The position numbers were made by a program, and so were the translations under genes. A stretch of 63,979 bases of DNA, from contig CAMAPH010000012.1 of NCBI GenBank assembly GCA_945859975.1, positions 1 through 63,979 on the forward strand. The letters run 5' to 3'. The notes under the pieces were generated by a model. The model was not told where the DNA came from. It searched no databases and saw only the letters and a program-made list of their open reading frames with translations. The stretch's first letter is position 1. Each line of letters starts with the position of its first letter. Origin of the DNA: Chthonomonas calidirosea. GTDB taxonomy: Bacteria; Armatimonadota; Fimbriimonadia; Fimbriimonadales; Fimbriimonadaceae. Shown here piece after piece: positions 48,139 to 57,781 of the stretch.

Positions 48139-49179
48139 TTGGTTACTCTTGAAGACATTGCGCTAAAGGCTGGCGTTTCCCACTCGACGGTCTCTAGGGC
48201 GCTTGCAGACAGCCCCCTTGTAAATCCTTCGACCAAAGAGCGAATTAAAAACCTGGCGCGGGAAGCTGGTTACCAGGTCAATCAGGTTGCTCGTAACCTC
48301 AAGACCCGCTCCACGAAGACGATTGGCCTGGTTGTTCCGGAGATTTCGAACCCGTTCTATCCCGAACTTATTCAACGAGTGGCCGACCACGCGAAGCTCG
48401 CCGGATACAGCTTGCAGCTCCACTTGAGCGCGGCGGACCAAGAGTCGGAAAGTGACTGCATCGCCTCGCTTTCCGCGAACCGTGCAGATGGTGTTCTCCT
48501 GGTGACCGGCGAGCGTGGCTTAGTTGCCAGAAGTCAGGTCAACGCCTTGGCGGCATCGGGAACGCCCGTGGTGATCATGGGCTGGGTGGAGGATTCTGAC
48601 CACCTCGATTTAGTTGCCGGAGACGATTCCGCAGGCGGCCGCGAGTTGGCCAAGCATCTTGCAGATCTTGGACATACAAGGATTGCCGTTCTCGGAAAGG
48701 CTCCTCACCGAGGCGCCTTTGATCGATTGGTCGGTTTCGGAGACGTTCTCCGCGAAAGAGGCATTCCGCTCCTGCCGGAGATGTCCATCGAAGTTAAGAA
48801 CGAAGAGGATGTGAGACTTGGAGTGACGCGACTCGTAGCTCTGCCCGATCCTCCAACCGCGATCTTTGCCTATCAAGATTCCCTCGCTGCGGTTGTGTAC
48901 CGGCAGTTGGAGGAAGCGGGCGTATCGATTCCGAACGAAATGACCGTGGTCGGATTCGATGATCTCGATCTCGCGACGTACCTTTCACCGCGGTTGACAA
49001 CCGTAGGCGCGCACATTTCCCCGCTGGCTTCGGCCTTCGTTAGCCTTCTGGTGTCGCGAATTCAGGGAACGCATCCCGAACCCGCACCGCAGTCCATCAT
49101 CGTCACCCCCAAGCTTATCGTCCGCGCATCGAGCGCACCACCAAGATCCAGAGGCGTCGCATTCGGCGGCCTCTCGTGA
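48139..49179 (+). CDS. LacI family transcriptional regulator
   Basis: TLEDIALKAGVSHSTVSRAL, VVPEISNPFY, VVGFDD, PRLTTV; start TTG 48139 or GTG 48103. Confidence 0.95.
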   Translation: MVTLEDIALKAGVSHSTVSRALADSPLVNPSTKERIKNLAREAGYQVNQVARNLKTRSTKTIGLVVPEISNPFYPELIQRVADHAKLAGYSLQLHLSAADQESESDCIASLSANRADGVLLVTGERGLVARSQVNALAASGTPVVIMGWVEDSDHLDLVAGDDSAGGRELAKHLADLGHTRIAVLGKAPHRGAFDRLVGFGDVLRERGIPLLPEMSIEVKNEEDVRLGVTRLVALPDPPTAIFAYQDSLAAVVYRQLEEAGVSIPNEMTVVGFDDLDLATYLSPRLTTVGAHISPLASAFVSLLVSRIQGTHPEPAPQSIIVTPKLIVRASSAPPRSRGVAFGGLS

Positions 49180-51968
49180 GTCCAGCCATGTCAATCACCC
49201 GCCTCCGCTCGCTCCTTTTCCTGGGAATCGCGATTGCCGTAACGTGTTCGGCAGTACCCCAGATCAAATCCGCCAAGCCCAACACCGCACCCTGGAGCAC
49301 CTCCGAGTTGCTGGTTAATGGTGACTACAGCAAAAGAACGCAGTCTTGGGTTCTGGAGCAAGCCGGCAGCGCCAAGGGAACCATGTCCGTCGCCAAGGAG
49401 GGACCTGGCGGTGCGCCTGCGCTCAAAGTCAACATCCAAAGCAAAGGTGAGCAGTCCTGGCAAGTTCAGCTCCACCAAGGTGCGCTTAAGATCGAAAAGG
49501 GGCGGAAGTACACCCTGACCTATTGGGCAAAGGCAGCACGGCCCACGGTCATCACCGTCAACTGCATGCAGAATCATGAGCCGTGGGAGCACCACGGTGC
49601 GGCGACAGAAGTAAACCTCTCCACAAAGTGGGAGAAACGAACATTCGCATTCACCGGACCCTGGGACGACAAGAACGCTCGAATCACCTTCACAAACTTG
49701 GCCACCGCTCCGGGTGCGAAATATTGGTTCTCCAAGGTTTCGCTGACGGCCGCACCATTCAAAACGGTCGCCGCTCCGAAGCCAGCGGTAAACGTGCCCG
49801 TGCAAGCTTCCAGAGTCGTGGTGTGGGACGGTGAATCGGCGAAGAGTTTTGGCGGCTGGGCAAATCCACCCACGTCGACTTATGCAGCCAAAAGTGGCGA
49901 AGCCCACAGCGGCGATACGGCGCTCGAATTCAAATTTAATGATGAGAACGTGTGGATCGGCTGCGGCTTCCACTGGTTTGGATGGAAGACCGGGACGAAC
50001 GTTGGCACAGACATTCGCTCAATGACCCACTTGACGTTTTGGATCAAAGCGCAGGGAAGCACGGGTGATCTCGATGCACAATTGCTTTGCAACGGAGACG
50101 TGCTCGATACGCCCGAACACCACACGTCAAAGGCTCGAGTGGCTTTGTATTCTCCGAACTACCGGGATGGGCAGTGGCACGAAGTCGCCATTCCGCTCGC
50201 AGACCTCGTCCAGCCGGAAGGTTTTGATCCCAAGATCGTCAGCCAGCTTGACCTCGGGATCAATCCCGGTGGCAAGGTCAGCGGGAGCTTTCTGATCGAC
50301 GACATCGCCTTTGAAAATCGGGGAAGTGCAGCACAAGGGCTTCGTGTCGTAGGCAACCAGTTGAGAGATTCAAGCGGCAATGTTGTGCGCTTGCAGGGCG
50401 TAAATGTTCCGAGCTTGGACTGGAGTCCAACCGGTGAAAACGTTATGCAGTCGATCGACGTAGCGATTGACGATTGGAAAGCGAATATCATCCGCATCCC
50501 ACTCACGCAAGATCTCTGGTTTGGATACGAGAAGGGAAAGCGCGCGGCAGATCAAGGCGAATCGTATCGAAAGATTGTCGACAGCATCGTAAAGAAAGTT
50601 TCGGCAAAGAACTGCTACGTCCTTCTTGACCTGCACTGGTCGGACGGCGGCAAATGGGGGCAAAACGTAGGTCAGCACAAGATGCCGGATATGAACAGCA
50701 TCGTGTTCTGGAAAGACTTCGCCAAGCGGTATGCAAACAACCCTGCCGTACTGTTCGATCTCTATAACGAACCCCATAGCGTTTCATGGGACGTCTGGCA
50801 GAACGGTGGGCAAGTTGAAGATGCGAGCAAAGGCGTTTCGTATCGTTCGCCTGGAATGCAAGCCTTAGTCGACACCGTCAGATCAACCGGGGCAAAGAAT
50901 GTGGTTGTTGTTGGCGGACTAGACTGGGCTTACGACCTACGAGGCGTTCTGGACGGGCACGGCCTGAGCGACAAAGTTGGTAACGGCATTGCCTACGCCA
51001 CGCACATCTACCCTTGGAAAAAAGACTGGGATGCGAATGTTACACCCGTTATCGCGAAGCATCCGGTACTCGTCGGTGAGGTCGGGACGAAGCCTTGGAA
51101 AGAAGGCGACCCGCCCCATGAGAACGTATATACAGAAGAATGGGCTCCCGCGGTTATGGCGTATATCGAGAAGCACCAGCTAAATTGGACCGCTTGGAGT
51201 TTCCACCCATCGGCTAATCCTTGCCTCATCACCGGCTGGGATTACTCGCCTACTTCGTATTGGGGAGCGTACGTGAAGAAGGCCCTATCCGAAGCAAAGG
51301 GTGAGAAAGGTTTCGTCTGGCGGAGCGACTGTTCAAGCGAATCGAGCTTCATAAACTCGAATCAACGTTTGATTTCCGGGCATTACGGTTACGAGTCCGA
51401 CCCTGCGGCGCCAAAACGGGGACTCGTGTTTGCTGGTCGCCTAACGCCGGATCTCAAGGTGGAAGATCCGGAAAGTATTCACCTCCATCCCGAGATCACC
51501 TTTGACCGATTCCGACCCGGCAGTTCTACGGTGACATTCGACGTCAAGGTGAGCGAACTGGATCCCGTGGAGCTCAGCCCTTATCGTAGCAAGCCTTGGC
51601 TCAACCTGGTCACCCTGTTCGACGAAACGGTTCCGTCTGGAGGCGCGAGTTGGCGCCCATCCGTCATGGTGAACTTGGTTGGATCACCTGGAAAGTATAA
51701 GGTCCAAGGCTATTCTCGTAGCACCTTCTATCCCGAGCCAGTGGACGGCCCCGAGTTCGAGCTTGGCAAATGGACGCAAGTCCGAGTAGAAACGGACGTA
51801 AACAAAAACGAAGTCCGCATCTATCTGGATGGCAAGCTTGCTTCGGCTGGTCCCTACATGGGCAAACCTGGCCTCGCTGGAGCGCACATGGGGCTGTACA
51901 CAAATCGGCTTATGACTCGCGCAACCCTGTTTAACGACGAGATTGAAATCAGGATTGACGGCAAATAA
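49176..51968 (+). CDS. Multimodular GH5 glycoside hydrolase (CBM4-like + second CBM-like + GH5 + LamG-like)
   Basis: LLVNGDY...WQVQL...YTLTYWAKA (CBM4_9); LDLHWS, LFDLYNEPH, YATHIYP, VLVGEVG, WTAWSF (GH5). Confidence 0.9.
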   Translation: MSPAMSITRLRSLLFLGIAIAVTCSAVPQIKSAKPNTAPWSTSELLVNGDYSKRTQSWVLEQAGSAKGTMSVAKEGPGGAPALKVNIQSKGEQSWQVQLHQGALKIEKGRKYTLTYWAKAARPTVITVNCMQNHEPWEHHGAATEVNLSTKWEKRTFAFTGPWDDKNARITFTNLATAPGAKYWFSKVSLTAAPFKTVAAPKPAVNVPVQASRVVVWDGESAKSFGGWANPPTSTYAAKSGEAHSGDTALEFKFNDENVWIGCGFHWFGWKTGTNVGTDIRSMTHLTFWIKAQGSTGDLDAQLLCNGDVLDTPEHHTSKARVALYSPNYRDGQWHEVAIPLADLVQPEGFDPKIVSQLDLGINPGGKVSGSFLIDDIAFENRGSAAQGLRVVGNQLRDSSGNVVRLQGVNVPSLDWSPTGENVMQSIDVAIDDWKANIIRIPLTQDLWFGYEKGKRAADQGESYRKIVDSIVKKVSAKNCYVLLDLHWSDGGKWGQNVGQHKMPDMNSIVFWKDFAKRYANNPAVLFDLYNEPHSVSWDVWQNGGQVEDASKGVSYRSPGMQALVDTVRSTGAKNVVVVGGLDWAYDLRGVLDGHGLSDKVGNGIAYATHIYPWKKDWDANVTPVIAKHPVLVGEVGTKPWKEGDPPHENVYTEEWAPAVMAYIEKHQLNWTAWSFHPSANPCLITGWDYSPTSYWGAYVKKALSEAKGEKGFVWRSDCSSESSFINSNQRLISGHYGYESDPAAPKRGLVFAGRLTPDLKVEDPESIHLHPEITFDRFRPGSSTVTFDVKVSELDPVELSPYRSKPWLNLVTLFDETVPSGGASWRPSVMVNLVGSPGKYKVQGYSRSTFYPEPVDGPEFELGKWTQVRVETDVNKNEVRIYLDGKLASAGPYMGKPGLAGAHMGLYTNRLMTRATLFNDEIEIRIDGK

Positions 51969-52017
51969 GCCGAGGACCTTTAGGTTTTATCTGCATCAGA
52001 CAAAAAGAGAAATTCAA

Positions 52018-52728
52018 ATGACAACAAGAGCGGACATTCGAGGAAAGTGGGCATTGGTCACAGGCGCAAGCCGAGGCATTGGTCGGCAGGTGAGCCTAGC
52101 GCTCGCTGATCAGGGATGCAATGTGGTCTTGCATAGTCGGGACCTATCAAATACTGCGGCTTTGGCGGCGGAAGTGGCCAGCAAGGGCGTTGAAGTGCGA
52201 CAGGTTGAAGCCGAATTGGCCAGTACAGATGACGTGTCTGCGATGTTGAAAGAGTTACTGCTCAATGGTCCCCCCATTGATATTCTTTACAACAACGCGG
52301 CGATCATGACGAGTTACTACAGCGATTGGCTCAGCGTTCCGGCAGACGATTTAAGATTAAGCTTCGAAGTCAACGTAACGGCGCTGATCCAGATTTGCCT
52401 TACGCTGATCCCAGGCATGGTTAGTCGAGGCTGGGGCCGAATCATCAATGTCACGTCGGGAATCGCCGACCAGCCAGAACTCATCGCCTATGCGGTTTCC
52501 AAGGCAGCAGTTGACAAGTTTGTCTATGACACCGTTGGCAAGCTGGAAGGCACGGGCGTCCTCATGAACCTTCTTGATCCAGGCTGGTTGCGAACCGATT
52601 TGGGCGGTCCCAACGCGCCTAATTCGGTGGAATCGGTTATTCCCGGCGCGCTAGTACCTGCCCTCATTAACGACGGTACGGCCGGAAAGCTGTTCCGAGC
52701 GCAAGACTACGCCGGAACTGAACTTTAG
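52018..52728 (+). CDS. SDR family oxidoreductase
   Basis: ALVTGASRGIG, NNAA, YAVSK, DPGWLRTDLGG. Confidence 0.93.
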   Translation: MTTRADIRGKWALVTGASRGIGRQVSLALADQGCNVVLHSRDLSNTAALAAEVASKGVEVRQVEAELASTDDVSAMLKELLLNGPPIDILYNNAAIMTSYYSDWLSVPADDLRLSFEVNVTALIQICLTLIPGMVSRGWGRIINVTSGIADQPELIAYAVSKAAVDKFVYDTVGKLEGTGVLMNLLDPGWLRTDLGGPNAPNSVESVIPGALVPALINDGTAGKLFRAQDYAGTEL

Positions 52729-52763
52729 TTTTTCTGGCGAAGTTCGGTATCGGCTTGGATGGC

Positions 52764-52956
52764 TGGATCCCCGTAAAATGATCGTCGTGGAGTGTTCGTT
52801 TTTCCGTCTCCGTTTTAAGAGAAGCGCTTGAGCAAAGGGAAACGCTACACAGAAGAACAGATCATTTAGGTGCTGAAGGAAATCGACGCTGGGGCGAGTA
52901 TGGCTTTAGTTGCCAGGACTTGCCCCCTGTCATGATATCTATTTTATGGGGAACCA
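52764..52956 (+). mobile_element. Internally deleted IS3-family element (MITE-like remnant)
   Basis: Terminal IRs TGGATCCCCGTAAAAT / ATTTTATGGGGAACCA (14/16 match, TG..CA ends); fragment MSKGKRYTEEQII*VLKEIDAG from 52828 resembles the IS3 OrfA N-terminus. Confidence 0.8.
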
Positions 52957-53024
52957 ACCAGGAGCAAGGCGAGTTTCCGGGTAGTCCATACAAGCCCGAA
53001 TATCGCTTTGAAGTTCAGGACCAC

Positions 53025-53062
53025 AAAATCAGCAAGTGATCCCATCGGATCACTTGCTGATT
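53025..53062 (-). terminator. Intrinsic terminator
   Basis: Perfect 16-bp stem AATCAGCAAGTGATCC/GGATCACTTGCTGATT with a short T-run on the minus strand. Confidence 0.75.
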
Positions 53063-53082
53063 AAAGTCGCACGAGTTGGTCC

Positions 53083-54696
53083 TCATTTTCGACTCGGCGA
53101 TGCCTGCCAAGCTTGTCGAGTAACGATTGGTACATAGCCGTACTCGAAGGCTTTCGGCGGTTTTACAATCAGCGCTGGATCGATGCTTGCAAGCTTTCCC
53201 GTGGTATTCGGCGGAAGGTAGTTGCGGTCTTTTTTCCAACTTCGATGGATCTTTTCAACTCGTTTCTGCAAATCCTCGCGTTCTTTCGCCGAGAGGTCAG
53301 CATTAAGTAGTGCTGGTTGATCGGCAAAGCGGTACCAATAGTAGGTGATCTCGCTGCCATCGCCGAGGTTACGCTTGAATGGTCCCGCGACGGGGCCGGG
53401 CTTCTTCCATGATGAACTTGGTTCAACTGGCGTTACATACGGCTCTTTTGTACGTTTAGGGGCAGGGAACTTGGCTTCAATCAGTCCAGTTTCTGCGGGC
53501 ACATCGCTTGGCTTTATCGCAACCCAGCGCTGCTTAGCGTCCCCAATCTTGGTCAAGCGGTAGTACTCGGGCAGGGTGATCACGGCTGGGTCAGCAGACT
53601 TACTCAGGAGTTCATGTTTCCATTGAATTCCGTAGGTATGCCGATCGATCGCGATTGGCGTGGCATAGGATGCCCAATCAACTTCGGGTGCGCTCTGTCG
53701 ATCTCCGCCGGGTAGATAGATCTGCCAGGTTGAATATCCACCGCCTTTGAAAGTGTGGGTACTGGACGCCAAAGCCGGAATGGCGCCCGGGACAACCTTG
53801 TCGCCGCCAAACCAGCGATCCACTTGGCTCCACAGTGCGGATTTTGAGTACGCGGTGATCTGATGGATTAACGGAGCGTTCTCGTTAGAAGCGTTCGGAA
53901 AATGAGTCGGCGCGACCCGGGCATATGTGACTCCACTCCGGTCCTTTGCCACCATCGCCGGAATATGCTGGGTCTCCATTTGGACCGCTTTGTTCGGCTC
54001 CGAGGGACGGCTATCGAGGAATAGACCCGCGAGTTTCTCATTTTCAGCGGACGCCTTCGACCAGAAGTATGGGGTGAAGAAGGCAACTGGTCCCTTGAAG
54101 TTCGCCGCGTTGAGGAAAAGCGTCCAGCAGTTGTTGCCCGTTGGCGCCGCTTTGCCCGCAGTGCTAGCTTTGGATTCGGTGAGAGGCAAGGGAAGGTAGC
54201 CGTAACCGAACAATTCTCCGCGTGTGCCTTGTTTCAAGTTGAGCCCATCTGGCGGCCAGATCACCCAAGGGCTGAGTTGGGCAACGCCGTAAAGCCCGGT
54301 TGGGTTTTTCCAGTCGCGTCCCTTGCCCGCACCAGGGCCGTTTGCCCATTCCGCAAAATTAAGGGTGACCCCACCCATGATGAACTTAGGCGTCTTGGTC
54401 GCGAATCTGGTATCTCGCCACCAGCCCAGGCCGCCTTCGATGTCGGTGTAGTGGTCCTTCGGGCCCTCACCATCAAACTGGGGAAACATCCAAGTTCCAA
54501 ACAGCCCGCTCTGGAAATCTGAGCCAGGATAGGTTTCTAGCAGGGGCCACGCGGAAACGTACATTGAAAACCCGGCATTAAACGACCGATCGACCTGTTC
54601 GTGGGGCACGATCAGATACCCCGCCATTTCTGTCAGCTGCGGCGGGTCCTGGGGAGCCGTCGAAAGCCCGATGGCCAAGCTCAAGAGGCTGATCAT
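53083..54696 (-). CDS. Conserved-looking secreted hypothetical protein
   Basis: 537-aa ORF, signal peptide, Trp/Gly-rich (FQSGLFGTWM, IEGGLGWW, TYYWYRFADQP). Confidence 0.8.
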   Translation of the reverse strand: MISLLSLAIGLSTAPQDPPQLTEMAGYLIVPHEQVDRSFNAGFSMYVSAWPLLETYPGSDFQSGLFGTWMFPQFDGEGPKDHYTDIEGGLGWWRDTRFATKTPKFIMGGVTLNFAEWANGPGAGKGRDWKNPTGLYGVAQLSPWVIWPPDGLNLKQGTRGELFGYGYLPLPLTESKASTAGKAAPTGNNCWTLFLNAANFKGPVAFFTPYFWSKASAENEKLAGLFLDSRPSEPNKAVQMETQHIPAMVAKDRSGVTYARVAPTHFPNASNENAPLIHQITAYSKSALWSQVDRWFGGDKVVPGAIPALASSTHTFKGGGYSTWQIYLPGGDRQSAPEVDWASYATPIAIDRHTYGIQWKHELLSKSADPAVITLPEYYRLTKIGDAKQRWVAIKPSDVPAETGLIEAKFPAPKRTKEPYVTPVEPSSSWKKPGPVAGPFKRNLGDGSEITYYWYRFADQPALLNADLSAKEREDLQKRVEKIHRSWKKDRNYLPPNTTGKLASIDPALIVKPPKAFEYGYVPIVTRQAWQASPSRK

Positions 54697-55604
54697 CGTT
54701 TTCTCCGCTTTAGTAGGTTGACCATTGCTTTGCCCATTCCATCTCCGATCAAGTAGTAGGTCTCGCCGTTGTTGTTCCAGTGATAGATCTGATCACTCGG
54801 CGACTCTTCCACGGGGCGCCAATATGCTCTCGTGCCAACGAACGCGACGTTGTCTTTGAACTCGGCGTAGGTCGCTACTGCAGATTGTGCCCGCATAAGC
54901 GCAATCGCGGTTTCGTCCTTTTCCTGATCACCACCCATCCCGGTTTCGGCTATGACGAACGGCAGATTTGGTGCGTTCAAATCCTTGCGGATATCTCGAA
55001 TGAAGTTGGCCATGTTCCGCTCGTACTCGGCCACGAACTTCTCATCAACGCGGTCGTTCCAGCCTTGGTGCCAACCAAATCCGACGAGTTCGACCGATCT
55101 CCCGCGCCACGCCGGAAACTGGGTCCCAACCTGTGCGATGGCTTCGCGGCTCAGGCGAATCAAATCGGTGTAAGTTGGTCCCACGGTGCCCTTTGAGCTG
55201 GGAGGGCGAAAGTCAACCGCCAGGCTCCGGCCGCCCCACGCAATCTTGATCAAGAGAACGGGTTCCCGCAGTGCGTCACCGACCACATGGCCAAAGCCAA
55301 GTTCCGGGCCTATGCAATCTGGACCAGCGGCGTACCCGGTCGTAAGCTTGCCCTTCTGTTCGAAGTACTGGATCCAGACGTCGTCGCGCTCCCGCCACTT
55401 GCCGTTCTTGTCTGTCAGGTGCTTGAACCTTCCTTTCGAGATCGCTTCTCGCAAGCTGCCCTTGCCGCCGTTCCTGTCCGGGTTCGACTCAAAGAATCCG
55501 TGCCCGACCATATTCGATTGGCCCGAGAGGATGAAGACTTTAATCGGGCGAGTTTCCTGATGGCCGGTTAACGCAAGGAGAGAAAGCAGAAGACACGCCG
55601 ACAT
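54693..55604 (-). CDS. Sialate O-acetylesterase / SASA (DUF303) family SGNH esterase
   Basis: FILSGQSNM, GPELGFG, WHQGWND, YHW. Confidence 0.88.
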   Translation of the reverse strand: MSACLLLSLLALTGHQETRPIKVFILSGQSNMVGHGFFESNPDRNGGKGSLREAISKGRFKHLTDKNGKWRERDDVWIQYFEQKGKLTTGYAAGPDCIGPELGFGHVVGDALREPVLLIKIAWGGRSLAVDFRPPSSKGTVGPTYTDLIRLSREAIAQVGTQFPAWRGRSVELVGFGWHQGWNDRVDEKFVAEYERNMANFIRDIRKDLNAPNLPFVIAETGMGGDQEKDETAIALMRAQSAVATYAEFKDNVAFVGTRAYWRPVEESPSDQIYHWNNNGETYYLIGDGMGKAMVNLLKRRKR

Positions 55605-55876
55605 ATTCGGAACTTACCCGCGCTTGGCTGGCACTTTTGCGCTCACACTCACCATTCTGGTGGGGCGTGATGACCCACGGCTCGGGTTTTTTGGCGTAAG
55701 TGATTAAGGTTGGTCGAGTTCGAACTAGAAAGGGAAGTAGGAACGCCCGCGGCGTAACGAGGATTGCCCGGTCTGGTTTGGGTCGCGGTTACACCCTTTT
55801 TAGCTGAGCCACCGATTCCGTCTTCGGGTTAGGTGTTATGAGCACGACCTTTTGACTTTGGGCTCCATAATGATGT

Positions 55877-56101
55877 GTGACGGATTCCGAGAAAGAGTTC
55901 GCTCGAAAGATTCTTGCGCAGCAGAAGCTCGGCTGGGAATATCTTGAAGCGGAGCGAGTGGCGAAGCTAGCGACGCTCGTCACTAAAGACGTGCTCCCCT
56001 CTCTACAGTCGTCCTTTGCCTACACCCTTACGTTGCCGCCCAGGCTAGAGACTGGCTTCGTAAAGTTCTATGAAGCCCTCGGCCGTGCAGGAAAGCCGTG
56101 A
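55877..56101 (+). CDS. Small helical protein, putative partner of the downstream nucleotidyltransferase
   Basis: 74-aa ORF; GTGA overlap with the next gene; CATAAT box just upstream. Confidence 0.7.
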   Translation: MTDSEKEFARKILAQQKLGWEYLEAERVAKLATLVTKDVLPSLQSSFAYTLTLPPRLETGFVKFYEALGRAGKP

Positions 56102-56661
56102 TAGACCTTGTGCGGGCTGCGGCTAACTTACAGGCTGGGTTAGACGAACTGGGACTCGCGAACTGTGTGATTGGTGGCCTGGCACTTCAGGCCTGGGGTG
56201 AAGTTCGCCTTACTCGCGATGCAGACTTCACGGTCTTGACTCGGTTCGACGATGAGCCTTCAAAGGTCGAGGCGATGATGCAACTGATGACACCTCGAAT
56301 ACCAGATGCATTTGCATTTGCTCTAAGGAATCGTGTGCTTCTTGGTTATGTTGAAGGCAACATCCCGGTCGATATTGGCATCGGCGGGTTTGACTATGAA
56401 GAAAAAATCGTTCAACGGGCTGTTGCAGTTGAGCTGGCCCCTTCCATTCGACTACGAATCTGTACGGCCGAGGACCTAATCGTGATGAAAGTCTTCGCGG
56501 GTCGCGACCAGGATTGGATCGATATCCACGGCGTCATGGCGAGGCAAACAACGCTTGATTGGGCACAAATTGAACTTGAATTGAGAACCCTTTTGGAACT
56601 CATTGAGGAACCTCAGAGACTGAACCGCGTACGGCTAATCCGCGGTTCGCTGGGTAAGTAG
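56098..56661 (+). CDS. Nucleotidyltransferase-fold protein (AbiEii/DUF6036-like)
   Basis: IGGLALQAWGEVRLTRDAD, VDI, TAEDLIVMKVFAGRDQDWIDI. Confidence 0.82.
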   Translation: MIDLVRAAANLQAGLDELGLANCVIGGLALQAWGEVRLTRDADFTVLTRFDDEPSKVEAMMQLMTPRIPDAFAFALRNRVLLGYVEGNIPVDIGIGGFDYEEKIVQRAVAVELAPSIRLRICTAEDLIVMKVFAGRDQDWIDIHGVMARQTTLDWAQIELELRTLLELIEEPQRLNRVRLIRGSLGK

Positions 56662-56717
56662 TCAGTCCCGAGCCATCCCGTTCTTCTTGGAAAAGGTTTA
56701 TTTCGGGACACCTACTT

Positions 56718-56746
56718 TTCAAAGGTCAATGTGGCCTGCATATAAT
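56718..56746 (+). promoter_or_regulatory. Sigma70-type promoter
   Basis: TTCAAA-N17-TATAAT. Confidence 0.55.
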
Positions 56747-56904
56747 CGCCGGAACGTAGGATTTCCACACCAAAGCCTGAGCGCTCAAACGGCTCTGGCT
56801 TTTGCCAATCTCAGGGTCTGCACGATGTCTATCCTTATCACGGGGCCGGCGAGTGGGTACTCGGAGCCCCGTGAAACATTGCAAGTTGGCGGTAAGGTCG
56901 ATCC

Positions 56905-57564
56905 GTGTACAAAACGGTCCCTTACCGCCCCAAGCCCGTTAGCCCCGAGGAATCCGAGGCACGCATGCGAGCGATTTACGAAGAGGCTAACGAGCGTCGG
57001 ACCGTTCGCATGTTCTCTTCGAGGGAAGTATCGCGGAAGACCATCGAATGGGCCATCTTGGCGGCGGGAACGGCACCCAGCGGAGCCCATCTACAGCCTT
57101 GGCACTTCGTCGCAATTTCAAACTCGGAGACCAAAAGGAAGATTCGGGAAACCGCCGAGGCAGAGGAGAAGGAGTTTTACGAGCGTCGCATCACGCCCGA
57201 ATGGAGAGAGGCCCTGTTGCCCTTGGGAACCGACTTCGTAAAGGCCCACCTAACGGACGCCCCGTGGCTCATCGTGGTCTTCCGCCGGGATTACGACATC
57301 TTGGAAGATGGAACCAAGAGGAAGAACTACTACATGACCGAGTCAGTCGGCATCGCGGTCGGATTTCTCATCCAAGCCCTTCACCGCGCTGGGCTTGCCA
57401 CCTTGACCCACACGCCCGCCCCTATGACGTTTTTGCGCGAGATTTGCGGCCGGCCAACAAACGAAAAGCCGTTCGTGTTGCTTCCGGTGGGTTATCCCGC
57501 AGATGACTGCACGGTCCCCGACCTTGCTCGCAAAGGGCTTGACGAGATCTGCGGGTTCATCTAG
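56905..57564 (+). CDS. Iodotyrosine deiodinase-like nitroreductase-family flavoprotein
   Basis: RRTVRMFS, APSGAHLQPW, EEKEFY, PLGTD..K.HL, ESVGIA, LTHTP, VPDL.RK. Confidence 0.88.
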   Translation: MYKTVPYRPKPVSPEESEARMRAIYEEANERRTVRMFSSREVSRKTIEWAILAAGTAPSGAHLQPWHFVAISNSETKRKIRETAEAEEKEFYERRITPEWREALLPLGTDFVKAHLTDAPWLIVVFRRDYDILEDGTKRKNYYMTESVGIAVGFLIQALHRAGLATLTHTPAPMTFLREICGRPTNEKPFVLLPVGYPADDCTVPDLARKGLDEICGFI

Positions 57565-57781
57565 GCTCTTTATTGCATGTGGCCTCGTGAAGTGACACTG
57601 AATCCCTGAGCAGATTCGATGAATAACGAGGTTAAAAAGGACGTGCGCGAGCACTTTTCTTTGACACTAAACCTTGACCAGAAGCTCGAATCACGTGTGT
57701 ATGTGCATGTCTTCCGCCTGTGATCGGATTCTGTCAAAAAAGCGTGGCCGAGTATTCGTAATACAAAATAACATCAACTTG

